A DNA stretch of 64,000 nucleotides from Candidatus Omnitrophota bacterium (GCA_022711115.1 JAKLFP010000001.1:453183-517182), one strand, 5' to 3'. Positions 48,918-58,270 are shown, numbered from the stretch's first letter. Numbers and translations are program-made. The notes: generated by a model from the letters alone, not told the origin.

Positions 48918-49412
48918 ATGTCAAACGATAAGTATACATCGATCGTAAAACTTGACTTCCAGTATGCGCACAGATTTATGAATTATCCAGGAGAGGCAAG
49001 CTATCTTCATGGACATTCGGGATTGCTAACGATCGAAATTGAAGGTGATTTAAATAAACATAATTATGCCTACCCAGTAAAAGAGGCGCAAAAATTAGCA
49101 TGGGCAGTAGCCGACAACTTCATGCATGCAACAATTTTTCAAGAAGGCGACCCTTTGCTTGATTTAGTGTTGCAGGGTTATGAAAAAACTGGAATAAAAG
49201 GCACAACAAATAGATTTGGGACGCCTGCGAAAGCTCTCAACCACGAGCTGGTAAAATCATTTCCTGAAAGCAGAGTCGCTGTTAGCAAAGGGCCATCTAC
49301 TTGCGAATGGTTCTGCACGGTATTCTATGAACTATTGAAAGACAAGTTGAATATTAAGAAAATAGAATTCCGTTCTTCTTCGTTGAACTGCGCATCAAGA
49401 ACGTTTAATTAA
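48918..49412 (+). CDS. 6-pyruvoyl-tetrahydropterin synthase/QueD-fold protein, atypical
   Basis: LDFQYAHRF...ASYLHGHSGLLTIEIEG matches the PTPS/QueD pattern FEAAHRL...CxxxHGHSF. The Cys of CxxxHGH appears replaced (ASYLHGHS). Confidence 0.55.
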   Translation: MSNDKYTSIVKLDFQYAHRFMNYPGEASYLHGHSGLLTIEIEGDLNKHNYAYPVKEAQKLAWAVADNFMHATIFQEGDPLLDLVLQGYEKTGIKGTTNRFGTPAKALNHELVKSFPESRVAVSKGPSTCEWFCTVFYELLKDKLNIKKIEFRSSSLNCASRTFN

Positions 49413-49515
49413 AAAACAGTCTATAGTAAAAGACATCCACAGGGGCGGTTCTCCTTTAAATGATTGGACCAGCTTGAGCTGCCGAGAACCGTCCCTGGGT
49501 TTACGCCCATTGCCG

Positions 49516-49630
49516 TTAACTCCACCACTGCCGGTCGAGGGAACGATATTGAATAGCTTCTGCGATGTGGTCGGATTGGATCTGTTCGCAACCAGCTAAG
49601 TCGCTGATCGTTCGGGCGATTTTAAGAATC
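49516..49630. repeat. comM 3'-end copy B of an imperfect 115-bp direct repeat (partner at 48047..48161)
   Basis: By manual alignment there are about 20 mismatches over 115 positions and no indels. Identical blocks: CCACCACTGCCGGTCGAG and CTGATCGTTCGGGCGATTTTAAG. Confidence 0.7.
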
Positions 49631-51036
49631 TTATAATAAGCGCGGGCGGAAAGGCGCAGTTCTTTCATGGCCATTTCGATCAGTTTCCGGCCTTGGACGT
49701 CCGGTGTTGCAAAACTTTTAATATCTCGAGGGGACATTTGAGAGTTAGTGTCATAAGGTTTTTGCCGGTAGCGTGCTTTTTGGATCTTACGGCAAGCACA
49801 CACGCGGCTTCGGATAGATGCCGAATCCTCAGCAAAGGTTTCCTGGCTGGTCAGAGTTTGAAATGAAAGGGCAGGCACTTCGATCTGAATATCAATACGG
49901 TCCAGGATCGGCCCCGAGATCTTGGACCTGTATTTGTGGATCTGTCCCAAAGAACAGCGGCATGTTCTGTTTCTATCGCCAAGGTGCCCACACATGCACG
50001 GGTTCATGGTCGCGACCAAAAGAAAATTGGCAGGATAAGAGACCTGGTTTTTTGCGCGGGAGATAGTGATACATCCATCTTCAAGCGGACCGCGGAGGAT
50101 TTCCAGAGCATCACGACGAAATTCTGGAAACTCATCGAGAAAAAGCACCCCTCCATGGGCAAGGGATATTTCGCCCGGTTTAGGCTGTGTCCCACCACCG
50201 GCAAGGGCAATAGCGGAAGATGTGTGATGAGGCGAACGGAAGGGCCGTTCGCGAATGAGGTCACATCCTTCTGGAATCGATCCTGACACACTATGGATTT
50301 TGGTAATTTCCAGAGCTTCTTCAAAATCCATGGGAGGAAGAATGCTGGGGATACGGCGAGCCAGCATGGTTTTCCCGCTGCCAGGTGGTCCTATAAAAAG
50401 TAGTTGATGATTCCCAGAAACAGCGATCTCAATGGCGCGTTTAGCGGCTAACTGACCTTTTACCTCGGAAAAATCCAGAAATCCCTGTTGCGGCGGGGTA
50501 TTTTTATATGCACTGTTGCTGATAGGTTCAATCGGTTTGTTTCCGTTTAAAAATTCAACGGTTTCTTTTAAATCTTGAACAGGAAAGATCACCGTTCCCT
50601 TTGCTAGCGCGGCTTCAGCGGCATTTTTTGAAGGCAGAATGAAAGAATGGTTCTTCAGACCTGTCGTGATCACGAGGGCACCCTTCAAAGGGCGTAACGC
50701 GCCGTCCAGGGCTAATTCGCCGAGAAAGGTATAATTTGCAAGCTTCTCAGGAGAAATCACGCCATGGCAAGCAAGAATGCCGAGAGCTATGGGGAAGTCA
50801 AAAGCAGCGCCCTCCTTTTTGATATCTGCCGGAGCTAGGTTAATGGTGATTTTGTCAGCCGGGATCTGGTACCCGCTGTTTTTAATCGCCGTGCGGACCC
50901 GCTCTCTGGCCTCTTTGATGCTGGTGTCGGGCAGGCCGACCACAATGAGTTGGGGAAGGCCGTTACTAATATCGACCTCAATATCAACTGGGAAGGCATG
51001 AATCCCTAGCGCAAAAGCACTTTTAATACGTATCAT
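49516..51036 (-). CDS. comM: YifB/ComM-family Mg-chelatase-like AAA+ ATPase
   Basis: 506 aa. N-terminal Lon-like domain, Walker A GPPGSGKTM, and a C-terminal ChlI-like region. Confidence 0.9.
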   Translation of the reverse strand: MIRIKSAFALGIHAFPVDIEVDISNGLPQLIVVGLPDTSIKEARERVRTAIKNSGYQIPADKITINLAPADIKKEGAAFDFPIALGILACHGVISPEKLANYTFLGELALDGALRPLKGALVITTGLKNHSFILPSKNAAEAALAKGTVIFPVQDLKETVEFLNGNKPIEPISNSAYKNTPPQQGFLDFSEVKGQLAAKRAIEIAVSGNHQLLFIGPPGSGKTMLARRIPSILPPMDFEEALEITKIHSVSGSIPEGCDLIRERPFRSPHHTSSAIALAGGGTQPKPGEISLAHGGVLFLDEFPEFRRDALEILRGPLEDGCITISRAKNQVSYPANFLLVATMNPCMCGHLGDRNRTCRCSLGQIHKYRSKISGPILDRIDIQIEVPALSFQTLTSQETFAEDSASIRSRVCACRKIQKARYRQKPYDTNSQMSPRDIKSFATPDVQGRKLIEMAMKELRLSARAYYKILKIARTISDLAGCEQIQSDHIAEAIQYRSLDRQWWS

Positions 51037-51206
51037 GAACTATGCCCCCTTTATTTTCACAGAAACAAGCTTGCTTTTTGAAGACTCGAAACTTATAATG
51101 ACTCTTTCGAACAGAGAGAAGGTTAAGTTATTTAAGTTATAATCATAATTATTATAATTTTAAATCATTAAACTATAGGTGTCAACCTCTTCTTGAAAAA
51201 AGATCT

Positions 51207-51659
51207 ATGCTAGTGCTCAATAACCCTCCATTCCATGCCGAGAAAGCTTTTGTTGCTGTATTTTTAAGCTGGTTTGTAGCGCAGGCGCTAAAAGTCATTT
51301 TAGGCGGATCGCGGCAGAAAAAATTCGATGTTCGTTGGCTTTTTGACACGGGAGGCATGCCGAGTGCTCACTCGGCAACGGTGTCAAGCTTGGCAGCGGT
51401 GATCGGGCTTTATTATGGTTTTAACACAATCCCGTTTCTCATTGGATTGATTTTATGTTTGATCACCATGTTTGATGCCGCGGGCGTTAGGCGTCACTTT
51501 GGAAGGCAGGCCAAAATCCTGAATGAAATCATCGATGAATTTTATGTTAAGGGGGCCGTGCCTGAAAAACGCCTCAAAGAACTTCTTGGGCACACGCCGG
51601 TCGAAGTTCTTTTGGGCGCGCTTCTCGGGATTTTTATAGCATGGATTTTATGCAGATAA
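51207..51659 (+). CDS. Divergent PAP2-family membrane protein (DUF212-like)
   Basis: 150 aa. GGMPSAHSA motif and an overall pattern like acid phosphatase/vanadium haloperoxidase-related DUF212. Confidence 0.6.
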   Translation: MLVLNNPPFHAEKAFVAVFLSWFVAQALKVILGGSRQKKFDVRWLFDTGGMPSAHSATVSSLAAVIGLYYGFNTIPFLIGLILCLITMFDAAGVRRHFGRQAKILNEIIDEFYVKGAVPEKRLKELLGHTPVEVLLGALLGIFIAWILCR

Positions 51660-52642
51660 AAATAAGAAAACAAATCCTGCCCTGTTTTTTAATGCTGGCC
51701 TTCATTTTAACGCCTGCGTTTTGTTTTGCCGTTGAAAAAGCCAGCATGAAAGATACTACAAATAAAAAATCCGTCTCTCTTTCCCAAAAAGAAAATTTTC
51801 CTCCCGAAGATTTTAAAAAAGACAAAAAAGATTTTTTTCCTTCGGGTAATTTTGTTGCGGATTCAAAAAAATCCGAATCAAGCGCAATAGCTTCCGTAAC
51901 TGTGGGACCTAAGGAAAATGATGCTTCTAAAAAGGTGAATATAAAAGAAACAGAAAAAAGGTCAGTCGAAACAAAAAAGGAGGTTTCTGTCATAGACACT
52001 AAAACAGCCTCTCAAAAAGCAGAGCCGGCCGTTAAAGCGGAAACGGCTTCAATAAGTGCCGGTTCGTTGCCGGAAGAAATGGAAAAGCACTGGGCCGCCT
52101 TATTCTCTAAAGAAGGCAATGAGGGGAGCATCATTTATACAGTGAAACCCGGAGACAATCTTTATGTTCTTGCGCTCAAGAACCATACGACCGTAGATCT
52201 GATTAAGAAAATCAACGGGCTTACGAGTGACACGATTTATCCACAAATGAAATTAAAAATTCAAACGGCCCCATTTTCCATTTATGTGACAAAAACCAAA
52301 AATACACTCACGCTTTTTACAAATGGCGAAGCGATAAAAGAATATTCCGTAGCGACCGGAAAGAATGGCAGTACCCCTGTAGGGACGTTTAAGATCACGA
52401 CAAAACTTATGAATCCAACCTGGTTTAAAACAGGCGCGATCCTGCCCCCCGAGAGCCCTGAGAATGCCCTAGGAACACGCTGGCTGGGTTTTGACAAGCC
52501 AGCCTATGGGATCCATGGAACGATTGATCCCCAGAGTATTGGTAAGCAAGCTTCCGAAGGTTGTATCCGGATGCTTAATGAACAAGTCGAAGAACTGTAT
52601 AGCATGGTGCCCGTTGGCACCCAAGTCACGATTCAGGAGTAG
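51641..52642 (+). CDS. LysM-domain L,D-transpeptidase (YkuD family)
   Basis: Signal peptide. LysM (YTVKPGDNLYVLALKNHTTVDLIKKINGL). YkuD catalytic motif HGT...EGCIRM. Confidence 0.8.
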   Translation: MDFMQIKIRKQILPCFLMLAFILTPAFCFAVEKASMKDTTNKKSVSLSQKENFPPEDFKKDKKDFFPSGNFVADSKKSESSAIASVTVGPKENDASKKVNIKETEKRSVETKKEVSVIDTKTASQKAEPAVKAETASISAGSLPEEMEKHWAALFSKEGNEGSIIYTVKPGDNLYVLALKNHTTVDLIKKINGLTSDTIYPQMKLKIQTAPFSIYVTKTKNTLTLFTNGEAIKEYSVATGKNGSTPVGTFKITTKLMNPTWFKTGAILPPESPENALGTRWLGFDKPAYGIHGTIDPQSIGKQASEGCIRMLNEQVEELYSMVPVGTQVTIQE

Positions 52643-52655
52643 AAAGAACTTCTCT

Positions 52656-53705
52656 ATGCCATCAAAACTAAAAAAAAAGAAAATTAAAACAGAATCTGTC
52701 GTTGAACCGATCTCTACCAAAAAAGTTCAGCTGGGGACGCGGGATATTTTTAATGCTTGTCTTCCATTTGAGAGGGCCGTGGTTGAAATGGAAAAAAAGA
52801 TCAATGAATTAAGAAAAATGAGCCACGACGGGATCGATCTTTCCGGCGAAATCAATAGCGCGGAGAAAAAACTGGAAAAAGCGATCAAAGATATTTTTGA
52901 CAATCTTACACCGTGGCAGCGCGTTCAAGTGGCCCGTCATCCCCTTCGTCCCTACACGCTTGATTACGTGAATTATTTAACGACCGATTTTCTTGAGCTT
53001 CATGGAGACAGACGTTTTAGCGATGACCATGCGATCGTTACCGGCATTGCAAAATGGGAAGGCAAAAAGCCGATTTGCATTATCGGTCATCAAAAAGGCC
53101 GTGATACAAAAGAGAATCTTATGCGAAGTTTTGGAAGTGCGCATCCGGAAGGCTACAGGAAAGCCATGCGCGTTATGGAGCTTGCGGAAAAGCACAACCT
53201 TCCTATTCTCTGTTTCATTGATACGCCGGGCGCCTATCCGGGGATCGGGGCCGAAGAACGTGGCCAGGCCGAAGCCATTGCTTACAATCTCAGAGAGATG
53301 AGCGATCTTAAAGTGCCGATCATCTGCGTGGTGATCGGCGAAGGTGGCAGCGGTGGCGCTTTGGGGATCGGGGTAGGGGACAAGATCCTCGTGATGCAAA
53401 ACGCTTATTATTCCGTGATTTCACCGGAAGGATGTGCGGCGATTCTCTGGAAAGAACCGACGCGTGCGCCGGATGCCGCCACCGCACTTAAGCTCACGGC
53501 TGAAGATCTGCTCAGTTTGGGTGTGATCGACGGGATTATTCCAGAACCGCTCGGAGGGGCACACCGTGATTTTTCAGTAACCGCAGAAAATGTTCGGAAA
53601 GCCATCAATGATGCCTTGGAAGCACTCGGCAGCATCCCCAAGAAAGATCTGATAGAGTTGCGGTATCAGAAATTCCGAAAAATGGGTGTTTTTTCGGATA
53701 AATAA
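52656..53705 (+). CDS. accA: Acetyl-CoA carboxylase carboxyltransferase subunit alpha
   Basis: Full-length AccA similarity (LPFERAVVEMEKKIN..., TPWQRVQVARHPLRPYTLDY, FIDTPGAYPGIGAEERGQ, GEGGSGGALGIGVGD). Start set at the ATG (MPSKLKKKK); the listed ORF from 52491 is an upstream read-in overlapping the previous gene. Confidence 0.9.
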   Translation: MPSKLKKKKIKTESVVEPISTKKVQLGTRDIFNACLPFERAVVEMEKKINELRKMSHDGIDLSGEINSAEKKLEKAIKDIFDNLTPWQRVQVARHPLRPYTLDYVNYLTTDFLELHGDRRFSDDHAIVTGIAKWEGKKPICIIGHQKGRDTKENLMRSFGSAHPEGYRKAMRVMELAEKHNLPILCFIDTPGAYPGIGAEERGQAEAIAYNLREMSDLKVPIICVVIGEGGSGGALGIGVGDKILVMQNAYYSVISPEGCAAILWKEPTRAPDAATALKLTAEDLLSLGVIDGIIPEPLGGAHRDFSVTAENVRKAINDALEALGSIPKKDLIELRYQKFRKMGVFSDK

Positions 53706-53741
53706 TTTTTTTCACCCTTCGTCGATGCGAAGCTTTCATGA

Positions 53742-53963
53742 TTACGAAATACGCTTTTCAGCCTTCAGAAATTCCCTTTTAAGATTTATCAAACGCTCTA
53801 ACCGTTTTTTTTCTCGGACAACCCGCCTCAAAGTCTTTTCCGGTACTTCCAACAGGGCCACTTCACTAACGCGTTTGATATGACTAGGGAAAAGGTGGAC
53901 AAGCTCGCAAGTCGAAACGCCGCGATGGTATTTCAAGTCAATCAGCTGCTCATAAAGTGTCAT
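53742..53963 (-). CDS. Small hypothetical protein (73 aa), convergent with accA
   Basis: GGAG about 9 nt upstream of the ATG. Charged, coiled-coil-like C-terminus. No family recognised. Confidence 0.35.
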   Translation of the reverse strand: MTLYEQLIDLKYHRGVSTCELVHLFPSHIKRVSEVALLEVPEKTLRRVVREKKRLERLINLKREFLKAEKRIS

Positions 53964-54174
53964 TTTATTATCTCCAGATTCTTCTGAAAATCGATCCCAG
54001 TCAACCTGTTTCTGCTGAGATTATCGTCTTTTTAAGATAATCCCTAAAAATAAATAGCGGCATTATATCTATATATAGCATGTTTATACATACAAACGCA
54101 CTATTACTTGTGTAACATTAAAATTATTTTAAAAAATAGTTGACTTCATTTTTAATTTTTATAGATTGTAATGT

Positions 54175-54197
54175 ATAAAATGTAATTTACATTTTAT
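54175..54197. promoter_or_regulatory. Perfect 10-bp inverted repeat ATAAAATGTA-att-TACATTTTAT
   Basis: Located 6 bp upstream of the TPR gene start in an AT-rich divergent intergenic region. A TTGACT-17 nt-TAGATT promoter-like element lies about 40 bp further upstream. Confidence 0.4.
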
Positions 54198-54202
54198 AAA
54201 AT

Positions 54203-54886
54203 ATGAGATTAATAATAATGATGCTGACAATGACAGGATATTTAATCGCTGGCGGACACATCCCCCAAGCGAATGCCTTTTGGGGAAAGTCAGAATCTGA
54301 AATGAAAAAGGCAAGGCGCTACTACCAATCCCACGAATACTATAAAGCACGGTCGGCAGTTCAAGAGATCCTCAACAAAAATCCCGGAGACGATGAAGCT
54401 CAAAAATTCATGGCGGATATCTTAGACAAAGAGATTGAACGTCAAAAAAAGCAGGTCTTACCCCAGGCCATCGAAGAAATGAATCATGGCGAAAAATTTG
54501 ATGAAGTCAAATCATGGCTGGAAAGGAGCCGCACTCTTTTTGCAGCCAATCAGTATGATTTGGCCCTGTTTGCCGCAGAAAAGGTTTTTCTTTATGACCC
54601 CTCCAACAATGAATCGTCGGAGCTTATCGACAAGATCAAGGCGAAGGCGCTGAAGGAGGGCAAAGCCGACACACTTTTCATCCATAAAATGTATAAAGAA
54701 GAAATCGCGGAGCGCTTAAGCCGCTATAGGAACGATGCGGAAGATCTTTTTGTCCGAGGGCAATTAGGGCAGGCGAGGTTTACGGCCGAAAAGGTTCTTC
54801 TCTTGGAACCGGAAGATCCGCAAGCGTTGGCGCTTTACCAAAAGATCATGGCACAAGAAGAAAAAATGAGGGGTGCATCGCTATGA
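54203..54886 (+). CDS. Secreted TPR-like repeat protein
   Basis: Signal peptide (MRLIIMMLTMTGYLIAGGHIPQANA). Helical repeats with a TPR-like pattern. Stop overlaps the next start (ATGA). Confidence 0.55.
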   Translation: MRLIIMMLTMTGYLIAGGHIPQANAFWGKSESEMKKARRYYQSHEYYKARSAVQEILNKNPGDDEAQKFMADILDKEIERQKKQVLPQAIEEMNHGEKFDEVKSWLERSRTLFAANQYDLALFAAEKVFLYDPSNNESSELIDKIKAKALKEGKADTLFIHKMYKEEIAERLSRYRNDAEDLFVRGQLGQARFTAEKVLLLEPEDPQALALYQKIMAQEEKMRGASL

Positions 54887-55125
54887 AACGCGAAAAACTC
54901 TACAAAATCGGTGAGGTGATGCAGTACACCAATCTTTCCAGACAGACACTGCACAATTATACCGTCGCGGGTCTTATCCACGAGGCTAGGCGAACGATAT
55001 CGGGACACCGACTTTATGATGAAACAGCATTTGATCGTTTGGAGCAAATCAAGATCTTACAGTCTAAGAATTATACTTTAATTCAAATCAAAAAAATCCT
55101 GGAACAGCAGGAGACCCCCAAATGA
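54883..55125 (+). CDS. Small MerR-type HTH DNA-binding protein
   Basis: 80 aa. YKIGEVMQYTNLSRQTLHNYTVAGLI is a MerR-like HTH. It is only the DNA-binding domain. Confidence 0.55.
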   Translation: MKREKLYKIGEVMQYTNLSRQTLHNYTVAGLIHEARRTISGHRLYDETAFDRLEQIKILQSKNYTLIQIKKILEQQETPK

Positions 55126-55164
55126 ACGATGATTTACTTATATTAACTCAAAAGGAGACCCCCC

Positions 55165-55944
55165 ATGCACGAAGATGAAGTCAAGATGTGGAAGAAATAT
55201 AAAAGAGTCAAAAGCCTTGCCTTACGTGAAGAAATCGTAAAGAAGTATTTGTATTTGGTGAAATATGTAGCCGGGCGCGTTGCGATCGGCCTGCCGCCCA
55301 ATGTCGAGTTCAATGACCTTGTCAGCTACGGCATTCTTGGGCTTTTTGATGCGATTAACAAATATGATGTGTCTCAAGGGAACAAGTTCGAAACCTATGC
55401 CGTTTCACGCATCCGGGGATCGATCATGGATGAGCTTCGTAAACTGGATTGGGCACCAAGGCTTTTGCGCAAACGCGCCAGGGAGATCGATAGAAAATGT
55501 AAGGAGCTTGAAGAAAAAAATGGGCGTTTGGCCACTGAAGATGAGCTTGCCAAAGCCCTGAAAATCTCAACAGACGACCTCAACTCCATCTATAGCGATC
55601 TTAATTCCACGACTTTTTTGTCGCTCGATGAGGTCTGGCAAAATGATGATGGCAATAAACCCATTTCGAGGTTGCAGACCATTGAGGACTCTTTGATTAC
55701 GAACCAGTTCAGCTTTGTTCACCAGGGAGAAGTCAAGGAGCTTTTAGCAGAAGCCATCGACCAGCTTCCCGAGAAGGAGAAGCTTGTGATTGTGCTTTAT
55801 TATTATGAAAATCTTACCCTCCGTGAAATTGGTGAGATTCTGGATGTTTCCGAGTCAAGGGTTTGCCAGATCCATACTAAAGTCGTGACCCGTTTACGCG
55901 GGCATTTAATGCGTCGAGCCGGGCATTTAACGCTGGAGGCATAA
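55165..55944 (+). CDS. fliA: RNA polymerase sigma factor FliA/sigma-28 family
   Basis: Sigma-70 regions 2, 3 and 4 with a FliA/WhiG-like pattern (YLYLVKYVAGRVA...; region 4 LTLREIGEILDVSESRVCQIH). Confidence 0.8.
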   Translation: MHEDEVKMWKKYKRVKSLALREEIVKKYLYLVKYVAGRVAIGLPPNVEFNDLVSYGILGLFDAINKYDVSQGNKFETYAVSRIRGSIMDELRKLDWAPRLLRKRAREIDRKCKELEEKNGRLATEDELAKALKISTDDLNSIYSDLNSTTFLSLDEVWQNDDGNKPISRLQTIEDSLITNQFSFVHQGEVKELLAEAIDQLPEKEKLVIVLYYYENLTLREIGEILDVSESRVCQIHTKVVTRLRGHLMRRAGHLTLEA

Positions 55945-56098
55945 CAGCAAAGGGCGAAGTCTAAAAGGAAATTTTAAAAACAATACAAATAAATTAAGGT
56001 TTTACCACGCTGCGTCGATATAAGTAATGCCACAGCGAGAAAAGCCGTGTACATGTTTTATCCCAAAACGGCCGCAAGTGGTTACAAAGGCAGGAAGA

Positions 56099-56350
56099 AT
56101 GCAAAGCGTGGTAGAAAACAAAAGACCTAAATTCAGAATCCAGGTTCCGAGCGAAAAAACGAATGCTGAAAAAGAACGCGAGGAAGTCCGGAAATATCTT
56201 CGTCTCATTCCCACCGAAGCGGAACCCAATCTGGGGCGTGTCCGCGAGATCAAAGAAGAGATTAAGAAGGGCACCTATTTGACCCGTGAAATAATCGAAG
56301 AGGCCGCAACGCAACTCGCCCTTCGGCTTTTGAGAAAAGAAAAGGATTAA
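56099..56350 (+). CDS. flgM: Anti-sigma-28 factor FlgM
   Basis: C-terminal RVREIKEEIKKGTYLTREIIEEAATQL matches the FlgM sigma-28-binding helix region. Start set at the internal ATG (MQSVVENK); the listed ORF begins at 56027. Confidence 0.65.
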   Translation: MQSVVENKRPKFRIQVPSEKTNAEKEREEVRKYLRLIPTEAEPNLGRVREIKEEIKKGTYLTREIIEEAATQLALRLLRKEKD

Positions 56351-57621
56351 TCTTTAGAAGGCTGTAACTTTTTGTCGAGACCCGTAAGCTCGATCCATCT
56401 TTGGACGGGCGCAAGCTCCATGAATTTTTTCCAGACCGCTTCCTCATTAAGATAATTTTCTAACATCAACAAAGTAATGCCCTGATCAATCCCGAGGTAT
56501 TCGTCGGACCACCAATCTTTATCCAGATTGAAAGCGTCTTTGAAACCGAAATTTCCGTATAAATTTTTTTGATAATTTTCGTAAAAAAAGCGCGCAGCTT
56601 TGGTCGATTGCTCCGGGGTGAAAACAATGGATGACAGGGCGGCATAGGGGGCAATGGTGCCGTCATGCGTTCCTGTACCGGGTTTTCCGCCGTAAGCTTT
56701 ATAACCTCCTGGACCCAAAGAAGCGGAAAGCCCCCAAGAATTTTCGGAATAACCCTTGTATTTTTCAGAAAAGCTCAATGAATAATCCCGGTTAGCGAGC
56801 GTGGCTTCCTTGGAGTTCTCAAAAAAATTAATATTTTTATCCATCAATTTCCGAAAATCGATATAAGCATGCGAGAATTGATAAGTAAAAAGAGAACCCG
56901 TGGAGGCGTAGACAACTTTATGCCCATGATATTCTTCTGTAGGGCGGAGCCACTTTTTCCATGCTGCTGGCGGGATAGGGTGATGAGGGGCTCCGATCGC
57001 GAGGGCCTGGAGCACCATGAGCTCACTGTAGCAGTCCCAATAGTAAGGGAGGAATTTCGCCTCAGGAGTCCAGCCCATACAAACAAAGTCTGAACCGTTC
57101 AACATCCACTTCCAATTCACTCTCGCATAGATTTCATAGGCAAGCTTTTCCACCTCGGTTCCAGGATAATATTTGGCGGCGAGGAGCGCTCCGGCAACAA
57201 CGAGGGCCGTATCCATCGAAGAAGCCTCTGACGCCCAGATCCGTTTTCCGGTTTGGGCATCCACAAAGTGATAAAAAAAGCCTTCCTTATGCGCCGTTTT
57301 ATTTTTAAGCATCTGAAGGGTGGTTAATAAACGAGAATAGGCAAGTTCAGGAGACATCCAGCCTCGGGACCCTCCTATGGCATAACCTGCCAGAGCAAAT
57401 CCAGTGGCCGCAATAGACGAGGGGGAACCTGCGCGGGAGGAATCCCGCGTGAGACCTGTTTTTTTGTCAGAGAAACGGATGAAATATTGAAGGGTGTCTT
57501 GCTCGATTTTGTTTAAGAGAAGGGCATCTTCTTGAGTGGGTTCAAAAGAGGCAAAAGAAAAAAGACTATTCCCGCTCAAAAGCAGGATCCCAGTGAGGAA
57601 AATGATAAAACGCTTAAACAT
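56347..57621 (-). CDS. Secreted glucoamylase-like (PF10091/GH144-like) putative glycoside hydrolase, paralog of 10407..12533
   Basis: Signal peptide (MFKRFIIFLTGILLLSGNSLFSFA). Shares blocks with the C-terminal domain of the 10407..12533 protein. Start set at the internal Met; the listed ORF extends to 57681. Confidence 0.4.
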   Translation of the reverse strand: MFKRFIIFLTGILLLSGNSLFSFASFEPTQEDALLLNKIEQDTLQYFIRFSDKKTGLTRDSSRAGSPSSIAATGFALAGYAIGGSRGWMSPELAYSRLLTTLQMLKNKTAHKEGFFYHFVDAQTGKRIWASEASSMDTALVVAGALLAAKYYPGTEVEKLAYEIYARVNWKWMLNGSDFVCMGWTPEAKFLPYYWDCYSELMVLQALAIGAPHHPIPPAAWKKWLRPTEEYHGHKVVYASTGSLFTYQFSHAYIDFRKLMDKNINFFENSKEATLANRDYSLSFSEKYKGYSENSWGLSASLGPGGYKAYGGKPGTGTHDGTIAPYAALSSIVFTPEQSTKAARFFYENYQKNLYGNFGFKDAFNLDKDWWSDEYLGIDQGITLLMLENYLNEEAVWKKFMELAPVQRWIELTGLDKKLQPSKD

Positions 57622-58270
57622 CAGCGGAAGTTTTGATGTTTGAAAGTTTTTCTCGTATCTTGGCAACAGCTTGCGAGGCATCGTTTTCTTGAGAGATCAC
57701 CTTAAGCTCTGCAAGCAAATGGTCCGTTTTTTCGAGGGCGGCGTTCAACTCTTCAGCGACGGGATGTCCTTCATCCAATTTTCTCAGAAAAACCCGGGTG
57801 CGGTAATTACCTTTCTCCATTTCATCAAAAGCCTTACTGAAGCGATAAAGAGGCCCTGCGATCTTGTGGGAAAGAAAAACAGTGCCCCATGCGATGACCG
57901 TGAGAAGCAAAGCGAATTTCCAGAGAAGCGATCGGTTTGTTTCGTTGAGGATCTCTTTGAAGACTTCTCGTTGTCGAGCGCTCAGTTTTTCAGTTTGCTT
58001 GAACAAAGAAAGGGAAGAAAGCGTCTGGTGGGTTTCGGGATGTCGGGCTTGCTCATATTCGATCATACGGGAAGCGGTAAGAAGATCTTCTCGCGTTTGT
58101 TGATCCGAGAAGGCGTCAAGCACTTTTCCCCAAATACCGATATAAAACCCAAAAATAGTGACCGCGCTGATGATGAGCAGCGGCACCGTTAGGAAAAGCA
58201 TGTAACGGATTTGGAGAGGTTTATTAATAAAAAAATGTTTTCGCCGATTTTGTAACATGATTTTCCTCAA
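57614..58270 (-). CDS. Membrane protein with two TM helices and a HAMP domain
   Basis: TM1 (LFLTVPLLIISAVTIFGFYIGIW), TM2 (WKFALLLTVIAWGTVFLS), then a HAMP-like IAGPLYRFSKAFDEMEKGNYRTRV. No output domain. Confidence 0.55.
   Translation of the reverse strand: MRKIMLQNRRKHFFINKPLQIRYMLFLTVPLLIISAVTIFGFYIGIWGKVLDAFSDQQTREDLLTASRMIEYEQARHPETHQTLSSLSLFKQTEKLSARQREVFKEILNETNRSLLWKFALLLTVIAWGTVFLSHKIAGPLYRFSKAFDEMEKGNYRTRVFLRKLDEGHPVAEELNAALEKTDHLLAELKVISQENDASQAVAKIREKLSNIKTSADV

Noticed and set aside
52491-52655. N-terminal 55 codons of the listed 404-aa ORF upstream of accA.
   Set aside because: This segment overlaps the L,D-transpeptidase gene in another frame. AccA homology begins only at the internal Met (MPSKLKK...). 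Interpreted as read-in and not coding.
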